Positions 18,295 through 27,886 of a DNA stretch of 64,000 bases are shown in pieces. The stretch comes from a virus. The notes beneath the pieces are model-generated. The model worked only from the letters and a program-made list of their open reading frames with translations, did not search any database and had not been told where the DNA came from. Every line of letters starts with the position of its first letter. The first letter of the stretch is position 1. The stretch lies in IMG/VR virus record IMGVR_UViG_3300037110_000161, positions 1 to 64,000 of that record. One strand, 5' to 3'. The translations under genes and the position numbers were made by a program.

Positions 18295-19731
18295 TTAGCC
18301 CTGGAGCACGACGCAGAGGCGGTCGTCCAGGACGGCCACACCGGCGAGAATGTCCAGGTTGACCACCGTGCCGCCGTTGGCGATGCTGTACTGCATCGAA
18401 ACCCGCATGGCGATGTCGTTGTAGACACCGACGTGCGACAGCACGCCCATCGCGTTGTTGGGGATGGCCAGCGGACGGGTGACCAGGGCGATGGCGTTCC
18501 GATGGAAGGCCAAGTTCAGTGCGCCGGCCGGGCCGGGATAGCACTTGTCGCCGCTGGCGACAGCCTGCTCCAGCGGCCGATCCACGTAGATCGTCTGCTG
18601 GCCGGCGGCCGACAGGTAGGACTCGATCACGGTGTAGGTCACGCGGCCCGCACCGGTGCCGAAGGCGACCAACTGCCCGATTTGCGGGGCAGCGTTCCAG
18701 CCGGTCAAGACGATCCCTTCCACGTAGCCCGCGGCGTAGGCGGCACCTGCGACGCACGCCTTGTAGACCGTCAGCGGAGCGCTGGCAGCCGTGGCGTACT
18801 TGTTCACCTCGTTCAAGGTGATGGCCGTGGTGGCACCGGTCGCGGTGGTCGCGGCGGTGATGTACGTCGGCTGGTCATTTCCGGCCACGACGGCGAACTC
18901 GCCGATGTTCACGGCATAGTCGGCCAAGGTGACGGCCTGCGACCCGCCCGCGCCGGTGGCCAGGGCATTGGTGACGGTGCCCGTGGTGTCGGCATCAGCG
19001 TTGGCCAGCGAGGGGCTGTTGACGTTCTGGTCCATGTAGGTGTCGAAGCCCAGAATCCGTCCCAGGGTGGCGCTTTCCAACGCCGTACCGAAGTCGCCGC
19101 GCATCTGGGCGGCGATGAACAACTCGTTCTTCAACAGCGCGGTCTCGCTCACGGGAGCAAGCACCAGGTTGCGACCTTCCAGCGGGGCCTTGTTGATGTT
19201 CAACTGCTCGCGGGCTTCCAGCACGTAGTCCTTGCTGTTCTGGCAGGACAAGTTGAGCAACCGGCCGACGCGCCCGCTCGGGCCACCGTTGGCCAGGGCC
19301 GGGGTCAAAAAGGCATGGACGCGGCCCAGCACGGCGCGGTCCACCGAGCGGGCGATGGTCATCATGCCCGGCCGGAGGTAGATGTCCACCAGGTCTTGGA
19401 AGGACTTGCTGGCCTCGCCGTCCTTGATGGTGAAGCTGGTGTAGAACCACTGGTCCAGCGGCACCTTGACGTTCGTGGCCGAGGCATCTTGGTTCTGCAA
19501 GGGATCGCCGTCCGCCTTGCGGCGAATCTGGAACGTGCCGGGCCGGCGGGTGTTCACCACGTCGCCGAACTGCCGGATTTCGTTCTCGAAGTCGCGGTGG
19601 ACCAGGTTGGCGATCACCATGTTCTCTTGGAGGATCGCCAAGCCTTCCGAGGCCCACAGCTCCGGGATGAAGGCGGTGTTGTCGTTGTCGTAAGAGACGA
19701 CCACCGCGGGGGAGAGGTACAACGGATTCAT
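18295..19731 (-). CDS. Major capsid protein (P22 coat-like, HK97 fold with insertion domain)
   Basis: IPELWA..L..L...VHRDF...GDVVN..P; LGRILGFD.YMDQN; NLAFHRNAIALVTRPL; DIL.G C-terminus. Confidence 0.88.
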   Translation of the reverse strand: MNPLYLSPAVVVSYDNDNTAFIPELWASEGLAILQENMVIANLVHRDFENEIRQFGDVVNTRRPGTFQIRRKADGDPLQNQDASATNVKVPLDQWFYTSFTIKDGEASKSFQDLVDIYLRPGMMTIARSVDRAVLGRVHAFLTPALANGGPSGRVGRLLNLSCQNSKDYVLEAREQLNINKAPLEGRNLVLAPVSETALLKNELFIAAQMRGDFGTALESATLGRILGFDTYMDQNVNSPSLANADADTTGTVTNALATGAGGSQAVTLADYAVNIGEFAVVAGNDQPTYITAATTATGATTAITLNEVNKYATAASAPLTVYKACVAGAAYAAGYVEGIVLTGWNAAPQIGQLVAFGTGAGRVTYTVIESYLSAAGQQTIYVDRPLEQAVASGDKCYPGPAGALNLAFHRNAIALVTRPLAIPNNAMGVLSHVGVYNDIAMRVSMQYSIANGGTVVNLDILAGVAVLDDRLCVVLQG

Positions 19732-19764
19732 CGTTTTACTCCGTAGTTGTCAGTTCAAGAAACA

Positions 19765-19791
19765 CAAGAAGCCGCGACGTGCGGCTTCTTG
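19765..19791 (-). terminator. Hairpin between scaffold and capsid genes
   Basis: 11-bp stem CAAGAAGCCGC/GCGGCTTCTTG with a U-rich tail on the minus strand. Confidence 0.45.
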
Positions 19792-19816
19792 ACGACGAAC
19801 CCCTGATGAATGCGAA

Positions 19817-20704
19817 CTAGCGGCCGAGCTTGCCCTTGGGGGCACGCAATCCGAGCGCAGCAGGGTTCTTCGCTCGGAGTTCCATGTACTGCTCTTGAGT
19901 GAGCTTCCGCGGATCGAACTTGCCGCCAGTTCCCGACGCAAGGCCGCCGGTTGCCGCACTCGACCCGATGCCGCTGACGACGCCGGACTTAAAAAGGTTG
20001 CCGTAGATTTGCGGCAGGTCCTTCATCCGCTTCACAGCGCTGTCGGGCGTGTGGAGCGTGGCGGTCGGCTCTCCAGTATTGGGATCGGTGTCCGGGAAAT
20101 CGACCACGACCTTGAACTTCCCCGTGCCTTTGCCCGTCTTCTCGTCCGTGATCTCAATCAGACGGGTCATGGGACGCAACACGGACATGACCGTGTTGAC
20201 GTTGAACGCCTCGCCGCCGACGGCCGCGTCCTGCAAAGCCCGCTCCACCGTTCCTTCGCGGTAACGCTGCTCCCATTCCTTGGCGGCCTTCTCCGCATTG
20301 GTGATCTTGCCAGTGAGCTGCTCTTCGAGTTGCTTCTTCTCGTGAGCCAACTGCTGTTCCTTCGTCCGCGTTTCCTTCCGCAGGTCTTCCAACTGTTGGG
20401 CGAACTGCTCGCGCTCTTGGATGGTCAGGTTCTTCGACGCCGACACCTCCTCCAACATCTTCTCGACCCGCTGCACTTGTGCCTGATGCTTGCGCCGGTC
20501 ATCGGCCAGCATCCGGTTGACATCTTCCTGGGAGAAACGAGCATCGCCCGATCCGGTCCCGGCACCTGCTCCCGCGCCTGACGCAGCCGCGGCAACCGCG
20601 CCGGCATCGCCAGCACCCGCGCCGCTTCCGGCACCCGCGCTAGCACCCTCACCCTCGCCGTCGTAAGAAGCCAACACCGCACGCGACAGATAGAGAGGAT
20701 TCAT
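19817..20704 (-). CDS. Capsid scaffolding protein
   Basis: Gly/Ala low-complexity N-terminus, FSQEDVN motif, long coiled coil, GSG-rich C-terminus; directly upstream of the capsid gene. Confidence 0.8.
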   Translation of the reverse strand: MNPLYLSRAVLASYDGEGEGASAGAGSGAGAGDAGAVAAAASGAGAGAGTGSGDARFSQEDVNRMLADDRRKHQAQVQRVEKMLEEVSASKNLTIQEREQFAQQLEDLRKETRTKEQQLAHEKKQLEEQLTGKITNAEKAAKEWEQRYREGTVERALQDAAVGGEAFNVNTVMSVLRPMTRLIEITDEKTGKGTGKFKVVVDFPDTDPNTGEPTATLHTPDSAVKRMKDLPQIYGNLFKSGVVSGIGSSAATGGLASGTGGKFDPRKLTQEQYMELRAKNPAALGLRAPKGKLGR

Positions 20705-20826
20705 CACTGTTCTCGCACCCACGCTTAAAGGTACAGACGCCGAGCGTCGTGGTCCGCAGGCATCTCAAAGCCACGGCCTTAGAATGGGCCGCCGTGTTGG
20801 CCCAGCAATGGAGCCCATCAGCCGGG

Positions 20827-21396
20827 CTACGAAACTCGCGACAACCTCACCGCCTGGTCGTCGCGCAGGAAAGGCCTCAAGAGCGACCATGCCAGCGGAT
20901 TCGGCACGAGGTTGATAAGGTGTTCGATCGGCACCATGTTCCGCTCGTAGTGCGTGCGAACCTCGGCGTAGCCTTGGGCCGTGACGGAAAGGTTCTCCAA
21001 CTCCATCTGCGGGTCTACGCCGTCCAGCAGACTGTAGGCCAATTCGTACTCGGCCCGGCGGATGGCCTCGGGCACAATCGTGTCCGCGCCGCGGGGGAAC
21101 TCCAGCTCTTGGCTGGCATCCGCCGCACGCTCATCTTGCCGATATTGCTCCGCCTTCTCCCGATCGAATGTGCCATTGGTAGGATCACGCCAAGGTGGCA
21201 GCGTTTGTTGGCGAAAAAGCCAGACCGAATGCTTTTCCCCTTTGAAGGCCAAGTTGTCGATCAACCGCCGGGCCGCCAACAAAGCCTTTGGCCAATCCGC
21301 GTCGTCGGCGTCATTCCAGGCTTGCGAGTGCAGCCGGCCGGCAAAGTAGTCTTCCGCTTCACCAAGGTCGCCGTAATACGTTGCGTCAATCGCCAT
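20827..21396 (-). CDS. Head-tail connector / head completion protein
   Basis: Y..L.EA..YF..RL...W...KAL..A...ID.L.F.G and Q.LEFPR...VP..I..A..ELA motifs of head-tail adaptor families. Confidence 0.7.
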   Translation of the reverse strand: MAIDATYYGDLGEAEDYFAGRLHSQAWNDADDADWPKALLAARRLIDNLAFKGEKHSVWLFRQQTLPPWRDPTNGTFDREKAEQYRQDERAADASQELEFPRGADTIVPEAIRRAEYELAYSLLDGVDPQMELENLSVTAQGYAEVRTHYERNMVPIEHLINLVPNPLAWSLLRPFLRDDQAVRLSRVS

Positions 21397-22555
21397 GTGA
21401 TACCTGCTTCAGCCAGTCAAGCTGCGTTCGCTCTCGCTCCACGTACCAGCCGCCTTTCCAGAGGTCGGAAAGCATCTGGAAATACTCTTGGTAGCGCCAA
21501 CGCACGCGATCCAGGCTGTAGTTGGCCACAGACCGCCGATGAACATCGCTCCGGTCCAAGCGTGGCGCGTGACGCGCCGCAAAAAGGAAGTGGTCCAGCG
21601 TTCGACAGCGAAACCCGGTCCTGCCGTGCTCCACGGTCTCGGGAAACGCGCCCCAATCAGTCGTGATGGCCGGCGTGCCCGTCATTTGGGACTCAATCGC
21701 TACCGCGCCGAAGGGCTCGATATACGTGGTGGGGACAAAAGTGGCGATCGCGCCGCCGTAAAGCTCCGCCCGCTTCGCACCGGTGGCGAAGCCGACGTAC
21801 TCCAAGTTGTCGCCTTCGTAGACCTCGCCGTCCGCACAATGGATACGGTTGCCCTCGACCTTGACGCATCCCTGCCCGGCGATCTTCAGCTTGGCTCCCA
21901 GCCGCGTGCAGGTCTCGACGGCAATGTGGATGCCCTTCCGCTTGATGAGGCGGCCGAGGTAGAGATAGTAGCCGCCCCGGCCGCCGTCCGGCTGGAAGGG
22001 GTAGTCGGCCGGGTTCAAATAGTTGGGGATCACCACGTCGTAGAATTTGCCCTCCGGGTCGTAGCCGCCCTCCGCCCCCCAAATCTTGTGCATGTGGCTG
22101 TAAGACTCGAACACGCGGTACTTGGCGAAGGTGCCGTTGTAGCCGATGCCGTACTCTACCACCATCACGTCCGTACCCACGGCGTTGGCCAGAGGGATGT
22201 TAATGGTGCCCATGATAAGGCACACGAAGTCGCCCGGCCGCTTGCGCTTGTTGATCTCGGCCGCAGCCCGCTCATTGGTCAACTGCCAGTAGGGTGCCCG
22301 GCCGCTCCAATCAACCTCGTAGAGGGCATCGGGATTATACCTGCCAAAGAACCCCTCCTGCTCGGCCTTGGAGAGGATAGTCACGTCTTCGACGCAGCAA
22401 TCGGCGACTTCGCTCCCCTCCACGCCGTAGTGGAAGACCTCGTGGCCGAGGGATGCCATCATCTGGCAGAAGTGCAAGACCTTCATCGTGAAGGCGCAGG
22501 CCGAATGACTCATGTTCGTCTGCGTATGCGGCAAGGCAACCACGTGGAATCGCAT
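21386..22555 (-). CDS. Glycosyltransferase, GT-B fold (GT4-like)
   Basis: YLGRL..RKG, EPFGAVAIE (ExF...E) and GTPAITTDWGAFPETV motifs. Confidence 0.88.
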   Translation of the reverse strand: MRFHVVALPHTQTNMSHSACAFTMKVLHFCQMMASLGHEVFHYGVEGSEVADCCVEDVTILSKAEQEGFFGRYNPDALYEVDWSGRAPYWQLTNERAAAEINKRKRPGDFVCLIMGTINIPLANAVGTDVMVVEYGIGYNGTFAKYRVFESYSHMHKIWGAEGGYDPEGKFYDVVIPNYLNPADYPFQPDGGRGGYYLYLGRLIKRKGIHIAVETCTRLGAKLKIAGQGCVKVEGNRIHCADGEVYEGDNLEYVGFATGAKRAELYGGAIATFVPTTYIEPFGAVAIESQMTGTPAITTDWGAFPETVEHGRTGFRCRTLDHFLFAARHAPRLDRSDVHRRSVANYSLDRVRWRYQEYFQMLSDLWKGGWYVERERTQLDWLKQVSHGD

Positions 22556-22664
22556 GGCTTTCCCTCTAGGTTCCGAATTTCAGGTACAGGGTCTTCAGCG
22601 CCCAAATCGCGTCCTGCCACACCGTCGTGCCATTCACCCGGCGGTGCGGTCAGCTTGCTCTGGA

Positions 22665-24848
22665 CTAGCCCTTGACCTTCACGTAGGAAAAGTGCGCCAC
22701 CCAATTGACCGTGTACGTGGAAACCCCGCCGACCGAAAGTTGCAGGACCGAACTGTTGTTGACCAATCCCAAAACGTTGTAGTTGACGCCGTTGTAAGAG
22801 GTGTAAACCCAAACGGGTACCGCGAGCGTAACCACGCCGTTCAGGATATGAGCGTTTGCGCAACCGTAGCCGTGATAGTAGCCGATGTTCGACGTGCCGA
22901 TGATTCGGCCAACCAGATGGATGAAGATAGAAATCGTACTCGTAGTCTCGGCCGTAATGGGCAGTCCTGGTGCCAAATAGACGGTCGCCGCATTCACGGA
23001 TTGACCCTGGCAGACAATCTCTCCATGCACAGCGTCACCGGCAGTTGCAATCTGTCCGGTACATGCGACAGTCTGGCCATTCATGGTCGTTGTTGCGCCA
23101 GGACCAACTGCCACCCGCTGGGGATACAAGGTGGTGCCGTCAAACGTCAGGTTCGCGCTGTCGGTCACCGTGCTCGCCGATGCGGCATAGATGACTTGGC
23201 CTGCCGTCAGACCCGACAAGCCGGGTCCAGCCGGTCCCGTGGCTCCCGTCGCACCAACGCCGCCCGTGCCCCCAGTCGGCCCTGTGGCCCCCGTCGCGCC
23301 GACACCACCTGTTCCACCAGTAGGCCCCGTGGCTCCCGTCGCGCCGACGCCACCCGTACCACCGGTCGGTCCCGATGGTCCAGTCGCGCCGACACCGCCG
23401 GTGTTGCCTTGCGGGCCACTCGGTCCAGTCGGTCCCGTGGCCCCCGGCTGTCCGGCTAGTCCGATGTTCCAATTTGCGTAGGTTCCTGAGCCACCTGTGA
23501 GATCGGCAGTGAGGGTGAGTGTCCCGGCAGAATAGGTAGTCACCACTCCTTCCAACCAATTGGACGGAGTGGTCACATAAGAAACCCGCACTCGGTCCCC
23601 TGGCAGGTATGCCAGGCCAGATTGCGTTGCAAAACCAATGCTTCCAGTTCCAATCGTGTGGGAAGTTGTGGAGGTGGCGGTATAGCCAGCTCCCGTCGCT
23701 CCCGTTGGTCCGGTAGCACCTGTCGCACCAACGGCCCCGCTGCTGCCAGCAGTACCCTGCGGCCCACTTGGGCCGCTCGGTCCAGTCGCGCCCGTGGTTC
23801 CAACGCCGCTCGGCCCGGTCGGTCCCGTAGCACCTGTCGCGCCTACGGCACCGTTGCTGCCGGCCGTTCCTTGCGGCCCGCTGGGGCCGCTCGGTCCAGT
23901 CGCGCCCGTAGTTCCAATGCCGGTCGGCCCGGTCGGTCCCGTAGCGCCTGTCGCGCCTGTCGCGCCTACGGCCCCGTCATTTCCAGCAGCGCCTTGCGGC
24001 CCGCTGGGGCCACTCGGCCCAGTCGCGCCCGTGGTTCCAATGCCAGTCGCTCCGGTCGGGCCTGTAGCGCCTGTCGCGCCCACGGCCCCGTTGCCCCCAG
24101 CAGTACCTTGCGGCCCGCTGGGGCCACTCGGCCCCGTCGCGCCCGTGGTTCCAATGCCAGTTGGCCCGGTCGGTCCCGTAGCGCCTGTCGCGCCAACAGC
24201 CCCGTCATTTCCAGCAGCGCCCTGCGGCCCGCTGGGGCCACTCGGCCCAGTCGCGCCCGTGGTTCCAACGCCAGTCGGCCCGGTCGGTCCCGTAGCGCCT
24301 GTCGCGCCAACAGCACCATCACTTCCAGCAGCGCCTTGCGGCCCGCCCGGGCCACTCGCCCCAGTCGCGCCCGTGGTTCCAATGCCAGTCGGCCCGGTCG
24401 GTCCCGTAGCGCCCGTCGCGCCAGCGGCCCCATCGTTACCGGCAGTTCCTTGCGGCCCGCTGGGGCCACTCGGCCCCGTTGCGCCCGTGGTTCCAATGCC
24501 AGTCGGCCCGGTCGGTCCCGTAGCACCCGTCGCGCCAACAGCACCGTCATTTCCCGCAGCGCCCTGCGGCCCGCTGGGGCCACTCGGCCCCGTTGCGCCC
24601 GTGGTTCCAATGCCAGTCGGCCCGGTCGGTCCCGTAGCACCCGTCGCGCCAACAGCACCAGCGCTTCCCGCTGGCCCTGTCGCCCCCGTTGGGCCTGTTG
24701 CGCCGACCGGTCCCGTCGCGCCTGTCGCGCCCGTTGGTCCTGTCGCGCCATTGCCCCCGCTTCCGCCAGCACCCGGCCCGCTGGGGCCTGTCGGACCTGT
24801 AGGCCCAGTAGGGCCTTGCAATCCTGGATTCTCGTAATCGAATTGCAT
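22665..24848 (-). CDS. Collagen-like fibre protein (long)
   Basis: Extensive Gly-X-Thr/Ser triplets, an internal globular domain and a C-terminal globular domain; GAGGT RBS before ATG 24848. Confidence 0.85.
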   Translation of the reverse strand: MQFDYENPGLQGPTGPTGPTGPSGPGAGGSGGNGATGPTGATGATGPVGATGPTGATGPAGSAGAVGATGATGPTGPTGIGTTGATGPSGPSGPQGAAGNDGAVGATGATGPTGPTGIGTTGATGPSGPSGPQGTAGNDGAAGATGATGPTGPTGIGTTGATGASGPGGPQGAAGSDGAVGATGATGPTGPTGVGTTGATGPSGPSGPQGAAGNDGAVGATGATGPTGPTGIGTTGATGPSGPSGPQGTAGGNGAVGATGATGPTGATGIGTTGATGPSGPSGPQGAAGNDGAVGATGATGATGPTGPTGIGTTGATGPSGPSGPQGTAGSNGAVGATGATGPTGPSGVGTTGATGPSGPSGPQGTAGSSGAVGATGATGPTGATGAGYTATSTTSHTIGTGSIGFATQSGLAYLPGDRVRVSYVTTPSNWLEGVVTTYSAGTLTLTADLTGGSGTYANWNIGLAGQPGATGPTGPSGPQGNTGGVGATGPSGPTGGTGGVGATGATGPTGGTGGVGATGATGPTGGTGGVGATGATGPAGPGLSGLTAGQVIYAASASTVTDSANLTFDGTTLYPQRVAVGPGATTTMNGQTVACTGQIATAGDAVHGEIVCQGQSVNAATVYLAPGLPITAETTSTISIFIHLVGRIIGTSNIGYYHGYGCANAHILNGVVTLAVPVWVYTSYNGVNYNVLGLVNNSSVLQLSVGGVSTYTVNWVAHFSYVKVKG
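23710..24660. repeat. About 8 tandem 114-bp (38-aa) units within the collagen gene
   Basis: GTRGTTCCAA recurs at 23794, 23908, 24031, 24145, 24259, 24373, 24487 and 24601 (period 114, one unit 123). Confidence 0.85.
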
Positions 24849-24858
24849 CACAGCGACC

Positions 24859-25653
24859 TCACGGTGCAAAAGCGTACCAACTCAAGCTCCCGCTCGCATC
24901 GGACTTCAAGCACCAAAACTGATTGACACCAACGGGTGCGGGAGGCAAGCCCACGCTCGGACCTGTTGCACCCGTAGCGCCCTTCTCGCCGACAGGCCCA
25001 CGGGGGCCTGTTGCCCCGGTCGCACCTGTGGGCCCGGGATCGCCCTGGTCGCCCGCTGCTCCTTGTAGCCCTTGTGGACCGGACGGACCGCAGGGACCGG
25101 TCGAGCCAGCCGGGCCGGTGGCACCGGTCGGGCCACCGACCGGACCGGTCGCACCTGTTGCGCCTGTAGGACCAGACGGGCCAGTCGCACCCGTTGGGCC
25201 GCCGGATGGCCCACTAGGGCCCGTTGCACCCGTGGGGCCTGTGGCACCGACCGCCCCATCACTTCCCACTGGACCTGTCGCGCCCGTTGGTCCTGTTGCG
25301 CCGACCGCCCCATCGCTTCCAGCGGGTCCTGTCGCACCAACGGCCCCAGCGTCTCCTGTGGGGCCTGTTGCTCCGGCAGGACCAGTCGCACCGACAGGAC
25401 CGGTGGCACCTGTTGCCCCAACTCCGTCATTGCCCGGTGCGCCACTTGGCCCAGCGGGTCCGGTGGCACCCACAGGTCCCGTGGCACCCACAGGGCCAGT
25501 GGCCCCCTGCGCGCCGGTGGGACCCGTCGCGCCGAGGCGACCCTGCGGCCCTGTTGCGCCGACTGGGCCGGTTGGACCCGTGGGGCCGCCCGATGGACCA
25601 CTCGGCCCTTGGGGGCCCGTTGCACCGGTCGGATCAGCATAGATGAATGCCAC
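24859..25653 (-). CDS. Collagen-like protein (short)
   Basis: Gly-X-Y triplets over most of the 264 aa with a short C-terminal knob. Confidence 0.85.
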   Translation of the reverse strand: MAFIYADPTGATGPQGPSGPSGGPTGPTGPVGATGPQGRLGATGPTGAQGATGPVGATGPVGATGPAGPSGAPGNDGVGATGATGPVGATGPAGATGPTGDAGAVGATGPAGSDGAVGATGPTGATGPVGSDGAVGATGPTGATGPSGPSGGPTGATGPSGPTGATGATGPVGGPTGATGPAGSTGPCGPSGPQGLQGAAGDQGDPGPTGATGATGPRGPVGEKGATGATGPSVGLPPAPVGVNQFWCLKSDASGSLSWYAFAP

Positions 25654-25655
25654 GG

Positions 25656-25979
25656 CTAGACTCCCATCCAGGCCAAGTCTTGATTGGAGCTTTGTGAAAT
25701 CACATAAATCTGCGAGGGGTCCTCAATGGGCAGGTCGATGCTGCTGCCTGGCAGAAGCGGCACACCACCTGTTCCCACCGCCGCATCTGCCGTGACCGCC
25801 TTGCGGCCGACAAAAATCACGTCCGTGTTCGGATTCAGGTCATTAGGACCCGGAGCCCGCAGCAAAATGCCCCGGACCAATTTCATCGACAACGGTGTCA
25901 AGGGCACTGCCACCGGACCAACCACCGTATGCCCATGTTGCAACGCGGACGATGGCGAGGTTTCTTTGACTTCCCACAT
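25656..25979 (-). CDS. Small virion protein (possible fibre adaptor)
   Basis: GAGG RBS before MWEVKETS; N.DVIFVG...G.PL.PG beta-sandwich pattern; 107 aa. Confidence 0.6.
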   Translation of the reverse strand: MWEVKETSPSSALQHGHTVVGPVAVPLTPLSMKLVRGILLRAPGPNDLNPNTDVIFVGRKAVTADAAVGTGGVPLLPGSSIDLPIEDPSQIYVISQSSNQDLAWMGV

Positions 25980-25981
25980 GG

Positions 25982-27874
25982 CTATTCCTCTTGATTGTGC
26001 TTGCCCTGGCCGCGCACGGGCGTCTTGGTCGTGTCGTTGAGAGTGGTGTCGCGGCTGGCGGCCTTCTCCACCTTGCCCGCGCCGGGGTTTGCCGAGAGAT
26101 CGTGGACGCCACGCGCGCCGGCGTCGCTGTTCATCTGCCCGACCTCGTTCAAGGCCGTGGATTCGGAGCCAGCCAGTTTCTCGGTAGCCGGATCGCGGCT
26201 GGTGGCCCCGGTGGTCTCGGTGCCCAATTGGCCGCCTCTTTGCTGGGCCTGCAAAATCCGAATCGCCCTGGCCGCATGGTCCGCGCGGGCCTGGATGTGC
26301 TCGTCGTCGTTGAAGCCCAGGGCCATTGAGCCGGTCTTCTCGCCGCACAGACCGGCCTCGACCGCCGCAATGATGGTCGTGGGGTCGCTGGTGGCGTAGG
26401 GGGCCTTGTCGATCTCATCGAAGATGGCTTGCATGTCGCTGACGCTGATCTTGCCTCCCAAAAGCGCCAAGACGATGTTCTTTGCCAGCTCGCGTTTAAC
26501 CTTCTGCCCGGGCACGGCGTACATCAACTTGACCAGGCTTTGGGCTTCCGCAATCCGATCGGAATCCGTCTTCAGGCTGTAGCGGTCGGGATATTTGATT
26601 GTGGCGACGTTCCGCTGCGAAACGTTTCGCTCTTCGTAGGCCGCCCAGAACTCGGCAATCTGCCGCTCGGCCGCCTCCAGGACCAAACCGATGTAGGACA
26701 GACCGGCTTCAAGCCCTTGGTTGTCCATCGACTTCGATTCCGCCGTGGCCCGGTTCGCCGTGTCTGCGACGGCCAGATGGATCAGCTTGCGGATGCCGTC
26801 CTCCAGCTTGGCTTGCAGGTCCATCGACGCCTTTAACGGTTCGCTCGACGGGTTGATGAACGAGGGAGCGTTCATCCCCTTGTCGTAGGTCCGGCCCTGA
26901 GTCACTCCGACCCGGATGTCATTGTCGGCACCAGGCTGTCCGCCCGTCGTCGCCGTCCCGTCTTCGCCCACGGAACTCTTTAAGTGGCCGCCCGTGGCCC
27001 GCTGGTCCTTTTGCTCGATATAGAAGGGGAAGTTGGCCTTGAGGGCGTAATTCACGTCGCCCGAGCCCAGGTTCAAAAGCGCGATCTGGTGCTCCACCAC
27101 GTCCTTAATCATCGAGTCGCCGATGTCCAGCAACACGAAAGGGATGCGCGTCAACTCCAACTCCACGGCCCCGGCCGGGTTCCCCTCACGGTCGATGGGA
27201 TTTCCGGCGGTGTCCAGAAATTGCAGGTTGACCAGACCCGTGTCGCGGTCGATCCACAACATGCGGAACCGCTCGACGGTCGTAGTTGGCAGGTAGGTCC
27301 GCTGGTCGAAGTTGAGAACTACGTCGCGGAGCAGAATCGCCTGGAACGTGGACGGCTCGTCCGGCTTGGAGCAAGTCCAGCTCAGGATGTCTTCAATGGG
27401 GTAGAAGTACAGGTACGGCCGATAATTCTTCACGTCCGCCAAGGTGGCGTTGCCCGGGACCAGTGGGGAATCGACGTACACGCCCACGCGGCCCATAATG
27501 AGCAACTCGGTCAGTACCTTGATGCCCAAGAAGCCGTTCATGGTGTTGCCGCGGAGATCGACGCCCAGGTCCAAGCCGTTGACCGCCCGCTGATACGCAC
27601 TGCTGCCGTCGCGCCGGCTCGTGTCCTTGAGCCGCTGGAAGATGGCATTGCGGACATCGTTGATAGCCACCCGAGCAAACGATGGGATCGGCGTCATATC
27701 CAGCCGCGCCTGGAACTCCGGTTCATCCTCCCGCGACGAGAACTTTTTGAGGTACAGCTTGCGGAAGTATTCGCCGCCGTTGTAGCAAATCCGCCATTTG
27801 CGCCAGTCCAGCAGGCTGCTGAGGTAACTCGGGTGCCTGACTTCGACGATGTTGGTGATGAACTCAACAACCAA
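25982..27874 (-). CDS. Portal protein
   Basis: Follows the terminase; HP.Y.....W.......GG N-terminus, GRVGVYVD and IPFV motifs; 630 aa. Confidence 0.85.
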   Translation of the reverse strand: MVVEFITNIVEVRHPSYLSSLLDWRKWRICYNGGEYFRKLYLKKFSSREDEPEFQARLDMTPIPSFARVAINDVRNAIFQRLKDTSRRDGSSAYQRAVNGLDLGVDLRGNTMNGFLGIKVLTELLIMGRVGVYVDSPLVPGNATLADVKNYRPYLYFYPIEDILSWTCSKPDEPSTFQAILLRDVVLNFDQRTYLPTTTVERFRMLWIDRDTGLVNLQFLDTAGNPIDREGNPAGAVELELTRIPFVLLDIGDSMIKDVVEHQIALLNLGSGDVNYALKANFPFYIEQKDQRATGGHLKSSVGEDGTATTGGQPGADNDIRVGVTQGRTYDKGMNAPSFINPSSEPLKASMDLQAKLEDGIRKLIHLAVADTANRATAESKSMDNQGLEAGLSYIGLVLEAAERQIAEFWAAYEERNVSQRNVATIKYPDRYSLKTDSDRIAEAQSLVKLMYAVPGQKVKRELAKNIVLALLGGKISVSDMQAIFDEIDKAPYATSDPTTIIAAVEAGLCGEKTGSMALGFNDDEHIQARADHAARAIRILQAQQRGGQLGTETTGATSRDPATEKLAGSESTALNEVGQMNSDAGARGVHDLSANPGAGKVEKAASRDTTLNDTTKTPVRGQGKHNQEE

Positions 27875-27886
27875 GATGGCACTCCT

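Noticed and set aside
23794-25642. Plus-strand Pro/Val-rich ORFs (PVGPVAPV...)
   Set aside because: Antisense translation of the collagen repeats.
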